Origin: Callorhinchus milii
Lineage: Eukaryota
DNA length: 64,000 nucleotides
Assembly: GCF_018977255.1 (NCBI RefSeq)
Contig: NW_024704742.1
Coordinates: 32,552,001 to 32,616,000, forward strand
Direction of reading: 5' to 3'
Each line of letters starts with the position of its first letter. Position 1 is the stretch's first letter. This document shows positions 50,484 through 62,010 of the stretch, piece by piece. The translations under genes and the position numbers were made by a program. The notes below the pieces were generated by a model, which was given only the letters and a program-made list of their open reading frames with translations, did no database searches and was not told where the DNA came from.

Positions 50484-50964
50484 GTAAATTATTGCTGGTT
50501 TAATCCACAATCGTGCAATGCGGGGGTGAAAAGGTGAACGGCATTTCCAGGATGTGTTCAACTGCTGCATGATTTGGTCTGGCAGAAATTCTAATGGCAA
50601 TATAAGTATTGAATTCTTTAATTTACAAATACCTTCATGCTTTTGCCCCACCCTCCCTCTGCAACTCCGGATCCATTCCCCTGCCCATTTATTCTGCTCC
50701 TCCATCTCAGACCTAATGCTTTCTTCTCACTGTGTCCATCAGGGTTTTTCAGACACTAAACTCCAATCTCTGGAGATTACAGAGGGAGGTTGAGGAAAAA
50801 ACATTAAAGTATTAGTAAATTAAAGACACTATGTCGAATCTCTGAAACTCTCTTCCAAAATCACTTTTGAAGAAGCCTTCTCACCCTTACTCGAAAAAAC
50901 TCATAAAAACTTCTCTCATGTTCTGCGGTCAACATTCTCAACCCCTTCCCCTGAAGATCTACAT

Positions 50965-51278
50965 TATAATAAATAATAATAATAATCCATGCATTTGATA
51001 TAGTGCTTTTCATGTCTTCTAGATGTTTCAAAGTGATTCACAGAATATACTGTGAAGTAAATTGACTGTATATTTGTGGGCGAAATGCAGCAGCCAATTG
51101 CGCACAGCAGTGTCCCACAAACAGTCGTGGATTGAGTGACTAAATTATTATTTTATTTATTTATTTTCTTGAGGGATTATTATTAGGCATGTGGAGTAAG
51201 GAAACTTTCCCAAGGTTTCGCGCTGCCAGGTCTCTCACTTGCAAGGTAAGTGCTGTAACCACTGAGCTACAGGACTCC
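50965..51278 (-). mobile_element. Near full-length SINE of the same family, B box deleted
   Basis: Collinear with 35724-36034 but lacks the GGAATTGAACTC segment near 51226. Confidence 0.85.
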
Positions 51279-52819
51279 ACTATCTTTGTGAAACACTCTG
51301 AAATATTATACTCGTAAAAGTGGCTATGTAAGGGCACACTGATCTGGTACTAAATTTCAACCTGTAAGAGCTTAGTTTTATTAGCAGTGTTCATATTATA
51401 GTTTCACTAACATCTTGCAATCTTTCAGCAGAGCAACAATTCTCCCTCCAGGGAGAAAAACTAATTCTTGAAGTGTAAATACCTGAACTTAGTGAAATGG
51501 TTTAAAAACAAAGGACTCATTGTTCTGGCAAACCTGAGCATAACCTGAAAATAACAAGAAGAAGAATTTGGTACAGCATCTTTCACATCGGGAGGACGTC
51601 TCAAAGCGTTCACATACTATATCCAGGAAAAATGTCATTCACCTTTCACCTCTGCAATGCATACGTATAGAATTAAACCAGCAATAGATTATCAAATCTG
51701 CCTGAGGCCAATTGTTCAAATGGAAATATGTGCCAGTCTAGCTCAGTTGGTAGCACTCTCGCCTCTGAGTCAGGACTTGAACTCACATAGTCTAAACTGA
51801 CATTCCTGTTTAGCAGTAAAGGGGAGGGGAGGGGGAGTTGCGTTATTGGAGGTGCTATGCTTTGGATGAGATGGTAAACTACGGTCCCAGAATTCTGGCC
51901 AAAAATCTTCGCACTGAAATTGGTCATTTACTTCATCGCCATTTGTGAGACTTTGTTTTGCTCAGTTGGGCTACAGCATATAGCATTTGCCTACAAAAGT
52001 GCCTGCACAGTCATTCCACTTCATAGTATATCCTGTGAAGTAATCTGAGACATCCTCCTGGCACAAAAGACATTATGCAAGACACAAAGATTATTATAGA
52101 TTTACAACAACAACAACAAAATTACATCTGTAAAGCGTCTTGCACATCGGGAGGACATCCCAAGGCGCTGGACAGAGTTACGGACCCGAGCTGGGCCATC
52201 CGCCAATAATGGGGCGAGCGAGGCGGGGGAGGTGAACCAGCTGAGTGGAGGAAGGGAGCAGGATGGTAGGGGGTTAGGAAGTCGCAGAGGTAGGGGCATG
52301 GAAGTAGGGGGATTTATAGGAAGCTCATACGTTTTTAAAAGCCATTATATGAAATCGGTAATAAATCAAGTTATTGAGGAGCCACAACTCAAGGCTAGTC
52401 AGATGGGAACTTTCTCGCTTCAATATCCATTTTCTCTCCTGCCTTCTGAGTAATGATCGATTGACCATGTCCATGTGACTATCCTTAATATGCAAGCCTA
52501 AATAGTGAGTAGCAGCAGGTTATTCTATCTCTGGAGGGGGGAGAGAAAGCACATGTCTGGTCTTCATCCGATATCCATTATGGTTCCCTGGATAATGATC
52601 ATGAGTGGGAAACCTTGGCACTTATTTGGCTAGTAGAGCTCAAAAGAAAGTTGCCTCCTGAGACAGACGTGTCTCCAGAAACAATCAACAAACTCATGTA
52701 ACAGCCATAATACTGCACCAAGGTCAATCTACAGCACTTACCCAAGCAATGCGCTGCTCAATTTATGACTGACAGTCACTGCCTCTTTAAAGAAACCGAC
52801 TGATAACAAAAACAGAAAT

Positions 52820-53020
52820 AATAGAACAAACACGATGAAATACTAGAGAATACTGGGAAATACAACAGAATACCATGAAATACTAGAGAATATTAGAGAA
52901 TACAAGGAAATGCTGTGAAATACCAGAGAATATTAGGGAATATTGGAGAATACTGGATAATGAAAGGGAATACTGGAGAATACTAGAGAATACCAGGGAA
53001 CACTATAAAACAGTAGAGAA
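52820..53020 (+). repeat. Degenerate ~10-bp minisatellite (GAATACTAGA/GAATACTGGA-like), about 20 units
   Basis: Periodic gaatactaga, gaatattaga and gaataccagg units; two more units resume after a SINE tail at ~53131-53148. Confidence 0.85.
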
Positions 53021-55374
53021 TAATAATAATAATCCTTACATTTGGTATAGTGTCTTTCACGTTGGGAGGACATCCGAAAGCACATCACAGGATATTCTGT
53101 AAAGTATAGTGATTCTGTATTTTGTGGGCAGGAATACTAGGGAATATTTATACAAACAGGTGTTCAGTATTATACCTAGGCAAGCATGTAATTTGACCAA
53201 TTTGCAGTATCTAATGTGGCCCAAAATCTCAAATACAGAATAATATTCACCTCAAATACGGTAAATTCACTTAATTCCAATGTAAGCCTAGGTTTGTATT
53301 TATAACAGTTAAGTGAAGGCATTAACTGTACTGGAAACACGCAGTGAAACACTCTGGTTTATATTCCTTGCCCAATACAACCAAAAATCGGAAGCCTTCT
53401 GGATTTGTCCATGGATGTGTTATGGATGTCAAAGTAAGACTCTGACAAAGCAGCAGACATTTTGCCAAGTTAACAATCTGAGGAACCATTAAAGTTCTTT
53501 AAAATTTAAACAAAGATTAGAAGAACATTTGGAAGTCACATTCAGAAGTTCATTCAGGAGCAGATAGTTTGTCTGTTTTTAGCCCATTGGCCAACATGAC
53601 TCTACAAATATTTTCGAACAGTCCATTCTACAAACTGACCCCCTGAACAAACTTCCCAATGAACCTACAAAGCACGTTTTACGCAACGCAAGGAACATCT
53701 GCTGAAATGGAAAGCGGTACGAAGGATTCAGTGAGTCAGACATCTGAGTTGTCGAGTACATATTTAGATGGGATTCACCACTGAACTCAAACAGATGCAG
53801 GAGACAGGAGAAGCAGATGCCTTGATCCATTAGTAATTTCAAGACTAATTTTGCTTGTTTTAGACCAAAGAATACCACAACAGGAGTCCAGCGCAGACCA
53901 ACTCTACTCATTCCCTGGGATGCCAGTTTGAAGCAAAACTAACACACAAAACACGCATCCTTTGCTGAAGCAAAAGGAGTGTGTTAAACATGGTGACAGT
54001 GGAGATTGAAGAATTATCTGTCAGAGTATCAGTGATTGGAATGAGCCCTCAGACTGGTAACTACCTGGTAACTGACTTCCAGAGTGTCAGGCAGCGCTGA
54101 ATAAAAGTGCTATCTTCAACTCATCCACACCAGCAGCTCCTATTCAGAGGTAGAACCGAAATGACTTGAATTGGTTGCTTTGTTATTGGCTAATAGGCTT
54201 GATCTTTAAAGGGTAGAGTTATTCCTTCCCTGTGGATTTGTCCAAATAATTTATTTTTGTCCACAAAATACACAGTCAATCCACTTTTACAGCTTATCGA
54301 GTAAAGCACTTTGAGACGTTTTGATGTGATAAGGCACTGTACCAAATGCAAGGACTATTATTATTATTGTTAGTATAAAATATTACAAGCCACCTTCTCC
54401 CTTCTTAGCTTTCCCAGTTTATTTTGAGATGCAGTCTGGTTTTGGCAGCATATTCCACATTTCATGAAGCTCTGCGGGGATGATGGTTTGATGATATCCG
54501 AGTAGTGGTTGGTGTATTACGCTGGTACTGCAGTGAAAGTAGGTCAGTGTTTAGGCACTAAAGATTGGATTGTGAGTATGCTACTGGCATAATAAACTGA
54601 ATGTCCCACATGTGCAGAGAGTTTTATCATGCAAATAGCATAATTGTTAGGGTAAACATCTCCATTTGCTACAAAGTCTCAAACCTAGTATTTTAGTTTG
54701 CTGATCATTTTCCTGCTCTTTTTATGGATCCCATGGTTTTTCTGTCATTTGGTCAGATTCTACGAGGTTAATATTCTACTTCACAACTTCCTAAACAAAC
54801 CCTTTTCTTAAAAAAAAGTACTTTGATTTTCATCTTTGCCATTTCAATTCTTTTCACTCAGATTGCAGCCAACCCCCATCCCAGCACATAACTTGGGCTA
54901 ATAGAGGCACTCACCTACCCTCAATATAATGGCAGCCAAATAACAACTAGCACAGAGTTATTGCTATGATTTTTTAAAAAGTCACCAAGACAATGGCCTC
55001 GACAGTGAAAAGCAGGTAAGATTCAAAAAAATATATAGTATGGAGCAACATCAAACCGGACAGTGAATCATGCACTCATAGTGTGAATGGGAAAGGTATG
55101 AGCAATGATCTTGAAGCCTCTGATTTGATCCATGTGCTCCAGGTTATGAACAAATACCTGATCAGAAAAGCAATGCTGTGACTACTTTGTAACCTGTAAG
55201 CTGAAACAAGGTAGCGAGCAATAAAGAATTTCCTGTCTATCTTGTATATTTGATGAGACGGTGTGGAATGACACCTCAAATCGGCTGTTATTTTCAATCA
55301 GGCACCAAACAAGATTGAACGTGGGAGGATAATGCTTCTGTACTGCACACTCAGTGACTAAGCCAGATCTCTTT

Positions 55375-55770
55375 TTTGGTCAGCTGTGTATCTGACGCAT
55401 GTCGTCGCCACGCTTAAAGAGCATCCAAACCAAACTGAGGGTTCCATTGCATCCCGCCTACAACTACTTGCATTTATATAGCACCCTTCACTCAGTGTAG
55501 CGTCCCTGAGTGCTTCCACGTATATGTAGAAATTCCAGGTTTATTTATCGGAACTGAATGCGCACATTGTTTATCTAATTCGAGAGATTACGTGCAGATT
55601 GGCAAGAACCAAGGCTTGGGGACTCCAAAGTGTGTGTTGAGGTATTGCTGGAGTCTAAACCAGCTGAAACCATATGAAGAATGGATATTTAGGTGACGTA
55701 CTGAAGGACTGCCAGAACCCATGGAACTGCCCTTCAACAGGAGCTATCACTATAAGAGAGGGGAAAAAAA
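55375..55770 (+). repeat. Old ~300-400-bp interspersed repeat, unclassified, five copies in the window
   Basis: Shared blocks ggtcagct..tctgac, ttggcaaga.ccaaggcttgggga and gctggagtctaa.ccag.t.aaacca; other copies at ~7035-7245(-), 17920-18170(+), 31480-31645(+) and 35338-35605(-). Confidence 0.75.
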
Positions 55771-58700
55771 TGGCAACTTTTTTTTAATAAAATGTCATTA
55801 TTTTTCTTAAAACTCTCAATAGAAACTATGTGTGTAATTGGAGAAGCCCTAGTGAAATGGATCATCGCTGTCTGTATTTAGTCGGAGGACGGCTGAGTCT
55901 CACCTGCAGGTAGTCTGCATGGTCTCCAGTGAGTACATTGTAAACTCAAATGTCTTCAAGGTTGTATAGAATTTTTTTTATAAAGAAAAAAGAACAATTG
56001 GTTAGCATATAATTGGAACATGCAAGTAACACAATCGCCATTTGGATGGCTGTAGCAATATATCAAAGATCTGTGTATTTATAGGTACGCTTATAGGATT
56101 AGACAACTATTGCGCTTTTGTAAAAGTTTGAACCAGGTGGTGCAAAAACCTTATACTGTAATAATCAGACTAAAGCACCGTGAATCTGATATTTCCCTTG
56201 AAATCAATATTTGTTTTATAGAGGGATTTAAGCAACCCTAACTGAACAAAAATTGTGAGACAATAGATTTTGCAGAAAGAAACCTTTACGTTTGTAAAAT
56301 TATAACCTACATTCACCACGGTGTTCAGAGCTGAGATAAGCCACTGTAAGATTAATTTCCCAAAAGGGTTTCATGTAATACAGAACTGAGACAAAACTGA
56401 TTATTTTTTGTCACATTCTAAATCCTTTTATCTCCAAATGCTTTATTCAATCAGAACCCCAATTAATTATTTCTCAGTCATTTGGTTCTATAGCATTGAG
56501 TAAAAGATCTCACAAGTAATTCTAAACTTTTTTCTGATCCTGTTAAAACATTCAGGCGGATACACGAGAGAGAGAAACAGAGAATGCAGAACACAATGAC
56601 CGTGGGAACAGCAAGGAACAAGACATGTCATCATTGAATGAAATAACTCAAAACATGGAAGGGAAGATCAGAAGAGACACAAAAGCGACTAAGAAGGGGA
56701 AAGAACCTAAAAAACGTTATGTTCAGAGGAGAAAAAAAAAATTGGTAAACCTGCTCAGTGTCCACCCATCCCTGTAAAAGCACTCTCATATGTTACCCTA
56801 CGTGAAGGGCACTAAATAAATGCATTGCTATCATTGTTAAAAAGACGTGGGGAAACTCAGTGAACTCTTGTATCACTAGTAAGTCATGATGACTTGAATC
56901 TGAACAAGCACACTGAAGAACACATTTTAGAGAACCCTATTTATTCTTTTTTGCAGCAAAGTGAACATCTGTATTCAGAGTCCAGCGCTGTGAAGGATCT
57001 CTCCAGTCAAGCCATCCTTCCAGACATTGTTAATGTTCTGATGGTGAGCGACCAGGCTTCTCCGACTGCTCGGTATTAAATACTGTTGAAGATTATCGAT
57101 GATTTATTATTGTTATGATAATTATATTGAATAGTGGGATGTGCCAACAACCTGTCAGGCTGGTTATAAACCTCCAGGCATATGTTACTATGAAAGTGCG
57201 ATAATATACAAGTATGGTCTTGTAGCTGCAAAACAAAGCTACTCACCTCAGTCTGAACAGTTTACAGTCTTCCAGACTTGCATTAAGAACAGGCAGTAAA
57301 AATGTCGCACAACACTTCAAGTCAAAGAAATTCAATCAAATTTGAAAAGTCCCAAAGTCATTCGTGCCTCTATTGAAATAAGAAAAACTGTTCTCACTCA
57401 TTTATACCTCAGTTATATTCTCCCATGCCTCTTACATTTATATTGGCTTATTCGGCACTGGACATAGATTGAAAAAAAATCTGAATTATAAAACAAGGTA
57501 GCTACTACACACAGCATATATTTTGCAGCGTTCACACTTTTCTGAACACTCTCTGGGTAGCAAAACGCATCATAACAAAACAATAAAATAACATAAAGTC
57601 GAAAGGCCCTTTAGGAGAGATTTCAGGGGCTCTTGAAGGGAGGGAGAAATGGCTGGCCAAAGCATGCTTTAACTAGCCATCAAGTGCTGTTAATCTTACC
57701 ATAGGCCAGCATACCAGTTACTTCTGGATCTGTAAAACATGCTAAAAAAAAGCTAAACAATTAAAGGTGAGTGTTATGTGGTTTCAGTATACTCAAAACT
57801 ATAATTTGAATATAATACTTTTTCAAAAGAGCTAATTCCCCCCATGTCAATTCCAGTGTTCGCTCTCCACATGTACTCAACAATATGCCCACAAAATGCA
57901 CAGTCATACCACTCTACAGTGAATCCAGTGAAAAGCTTTGAGACGTCTCGATGACATGATAAGGAACTATATAATAATAATACTTGCATTTGATATAGCG
58001 ACTTATCAAGTTGAGACGTCTCAAAGAATATACTGTGAAGTGAATTATCTGTATATTTTGTGGGTGAACCGCAGAAGCCAATTGCTTAAATGCATATTAT
58101 ATTATCATATTATAAATTATATCAAATGCAAGGATTATTTATATGCTCGAGATCGGGAATTGGATGGTATCGAGGACCTGATTGACATCCTACAGTCAGT
58201 CTGACGATTTTGATTACTTTTCAATGGTAGAGTTGCCAGCTGCCCTGGCTAACGTTAAGATGACAAAGCTGTGATTTAGCAGAGGGTTGTGTGTTTATTG
58301 AGTGGCTTCATTGTGTGAACATCACACTGTGCCCCACTTGCTGTTTCATTGGATAGCTTTAAACTCACAGGCATCGCTTTGTCACTGTGAATCAAAACTG
58401 GGCATCAAAAACATTTCTTCCCTTACTTATATTCTTGCACCCACCTCTCTTTATTACCTCCCCATCCAGGAGAACCCTTTAAAGTTGTTTCGATGGCCGC
58501 CCATAGATTACAGGCGACAAGAAATTTACGAGACAATAGGGAATAAAAACCAAAGGAATTTGAACCTGAATTTGAATGGCAGACAGCAAGCTGTAAACTA
58601 TGTGTTTGTCATACCAGAGCCACACTCTCCCTCTCATTATTTCTCTCTTCTCCCCAACACCACCCCCAACACCAGGAAATATGAAGCTAAGATAAGTTTT

Positions 58701-61529
58701 GATTCAGTACATTCCAGTAAAATGAGAACTTGCTGTTACACTGCAGTGGCAGCCAACAACACCTGCGCCCCTTCATTTATGACAGCAATAAAACTAAGTG
58801 GGAGTGTTTCCTTACCACGCACACAGCCTCTTGAGTGGACAACTCAACAGAAACAATGCCACTAAACCTTTGGCCCTGACCATATAAAGCTTATTAACTA
58901 AAACTGAAGGTCATGTACATATAGAGCACCCAAGGCTGGGGAGGAGACCTCCCAGCAGTATTCGAGTAGTGATTCTCTATTAACTCAAAGTTTGCAGTAA
59001 AACACTTTTAAAATATACCCAACACTCAGTTACATTTCACACTCATTCACTTAAATGGTCAGTGCCTAACGTTCCTCCAGAGCTTCTACCCTGAGACTGA
59101 CCTTGGGTTTATTTAAGAAAATGCAAGGCAGCTGAAGCACTTCATCTTTGTAGCAATGACCTCTTAAGTAAACTCTGCACAAGATAATAATATAATAATC
59201 CTTGCATTTGATATAGCGCATTATCATGTCATCGTGACGTTTCAATGCACTTCAAAGGATATAACAATAATAATCCTTGCATTTGATATAGTGCCCTATC
59301 ACACTGTTAAGACGTCTCAAAGCACTTCACAGAATATACTTCAAAGTATATGCGGCAGCCAATTTGCAGCAGCAATGTTCCACAAATGCTATGGAGTGAG
59401 TGACCAATTTTATTTGGGGGATTGTTGGCCAGGATGCCTGGAGAAACTCCCGTCTGTTTTCAAATAGTGCCAGAGGACCTTTAAGGTCCACCTGGACAGG
59501 AGGACAGGGACTTGGTTTAACATTGCATCCGCAGGACGGTACCTCTGCCAATGCAGTACTGTACGCATAGTAAGCATAGTCTATAAGATAAAGTTTAGGA
59601 AGATTTAGTTCATCATTCAAACTTTTTCACTCAGGGCAGGTTTAATTTATCATTCCTGGTGCCCGACAGTGGAACAATATAGAAAGCTGTTGTGGATCAA
59701 CAGTTCATGGTGCTCAATCCAGCAAGTCATACCTCTTTCACCTTATTGTTCCGGAGACTGACATAAAGCTAACAGACTCTATGCCTTCTATACAGCCTAT
59801 GACCCTAAAGAAACCTCCTGCTGCAAATTATGCCCAGTACATGAGGAAATCTTGTCATCACAATGACATAATGATATGTGTGCCTGGGAGAACCACCATT
59901 AGAGGGTTTTTTTGTTGCGGGGGGTGGGAGATGTCCACTACATAACAGAGAGATGGAATGATAATCCCACACCATGTATTCTGCACTTTGATACTATCCT
60001 GGACAAAATCATCATTTGTGACTATTGCTCTACCAGAGATTTTAATAAAATAGGATCCCGTCATGTACAAATCCACTAGTTGAAGTTAAAACAAGTTAAT
60101 ATAACCCAAAGTTTTCAATTATATATATTGGTCATAAAATTCCAGGCCATGAATGAGCTAAAGAAGGCTGTACAAAATAATAATAAACCTTGCATTTGGT
60201 ATAGCACTTTTCACGTCAGGACATTCCAAAGTGCTTCCCAGGATATAATGTAAAGTGGAGTGACTGTGTTTTGCAGGTGAATGCGGCAGCCAATTTGCGC
60301 AGAGCAATATCCCACAAACAGCCATGAAGTGAGTGACCAATTTTTTTATTTGGGGATGGTTGGCCAAGACACCAGGAGAAACTCCTTTCTCTTTTCAAAT
60401 GGTGCTATGGGATATTTAACGTCCACCAGAACAGAACAGACTGGTGGAGGTTTCATATCTCATCCAAAGAACAGCACCTCTAAAAATGCAGCACAACCCC
60501 AGCATTGTACATAGCGACCCTATTATAATCTTGTGCTTCAGGTCCATAAACTTAGATCCTGGGTGATGACTGCTCTGCAAAAAATTGGCCACTGGTCCCA
60601 CTTCCTGCAATGAGGTAATTGCTGACCTCACTCCTGGTGTCTGGCATGAATTGCACAGGAAGCTGGTCCGTCCATGCAAGAAATGCATTGCACTTTCCAT
60701 AACCGTGTTTCAACACAAGACCACATTATAAGTAAACTCGGGAGGAGCCTTATAATGGCATTGTCCTCTATTTCATCCCAAGGAGCATTCCAATAATTTC
60801 ATATGCTGGAGGGCTGGAATTCAGAACAAGCCTATCAAAGGAACATGGCGTTTATTCAGAGAAGCATTAAATAACTGCCTCAGATCTCACCCCAGCTACT
60901 ATTGACCGCAAGCTTGATAATGAATCAAAAACAATACTTCAGAGGCTGATGTAGGGAAGCCACTCCCTTTCCAGAGGTATTTGAAAGAGTAATCGGCTGA
61001 CTGCCAAATGCATTCCACAAGTAGAAACGATAGCTCATAAAGGCTATAGCTGACCATGGTGATTAATTATCTACATCAAACATTGGTTTACTGACATGGT
61101 CCAAAAATGGTTTCTCACAAATTGCTAATAGCCAGAAAACATACACATGCTCCGTGAGCTGGAGGGAGCAGTTGGGGAGATTAATATTGTCAGTGCCTGA
61201 GGTGAGGAGGCGCTGCTGGTAGCTGAACAAGAACATGGTGGAATCTTGTTATAAGGCAGGAGCTGGGATCCTAATAATCACAATCCCCCAAATAAAATTG
61301 GTCATTCACTTCACGCTAAGCGCTCTGAGACCCCGTCTGGCGTGGAGGGTGCTATACAAATCCAAGTTGTTGTTGTTCACAGATGTCTGCTGGACATTGT
61401 TGTGTGCTAATTGGCTGCCAAGACTGTCTACAAAATACAGTCACCACACCTTACCATCCTTTGAAATGTCCTCGTGATATGAAAGACACTATATCAAATG
61501 AAAGGATTATTTCAAGGATTGATTTCATT

Positions 61530-62010
61530 GATTGATTTCAAGATCCTCATCCTCACCTACAAGGCCATTCACGGCCTTGCTCCCTCCTACCTCTCCAACC
61601 TACTATCCCCCTACCTACCTGCCCGTACCCTCCGTTCCTCCGGCTCCGGTCTGCTCCACGTCCTCCGCCCCAATCGCCCTACCATCGGTGGTCGGGCCTT
61701 CAGCCTCTCAGCCCCGAGGCTCTGGAACTCTATCCCCCAGTGCCTTTGCCTTGCTTCCTCCCTCTCCTCCTTCAAGGCCGGTCTCAAAACCTTTCTCTTT
61801 GACCGAGCCTTCAGCTCCCCTCTCGACTCTCTTCCCCCTTCTCGCTCCCTCCCTCCCCTCACCCTGACCATTTCCCCCCTCCTCGCTCCCTCCGTTCCCT
61901 CCCCTCACCCTGACCATTTCCCCCCTGCTCGGGTCATGACCCAACTGTGCAGGGCCTTGGGACGTCCTCCTGACGTGAAAGGCGCTTTATAAATGGAATC
62001 TTGTTGTTGT
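61530..62010 (+). mobile_element. Young L2 LINE 3' fragment (ORF2 C-terminus, pyrimidine-rich 3'UTR, stem-loop and (TTG)n tail)
   Basis: IDFKILILTYKAIHGLAPSYLSNLL...RTLRSS...GGRAFSLSAPRLWNSIP...FKAGLKTFLF; tail gggacgtcctcctgacgtgaaaggcgc. Confidence 0.92.

Noticed and set aside
52820..53020. CRISPR-like array
   Set aside because: No unique spacers; a simple degenerate tandem repeat in vertebrate DNA.
58302..58865. 187-aa plus-strand ORF
   Set aside because: GTG start, no recognisable domain or splice structure, antisense within an intron; likely chance.
59655..59676. tggtgcccgacagtggaac as a tRNA-Lys primer-binding site of an LTR element
   Set aside because: Only a loose match, with no LTR pair or gag/pol similarity visible.
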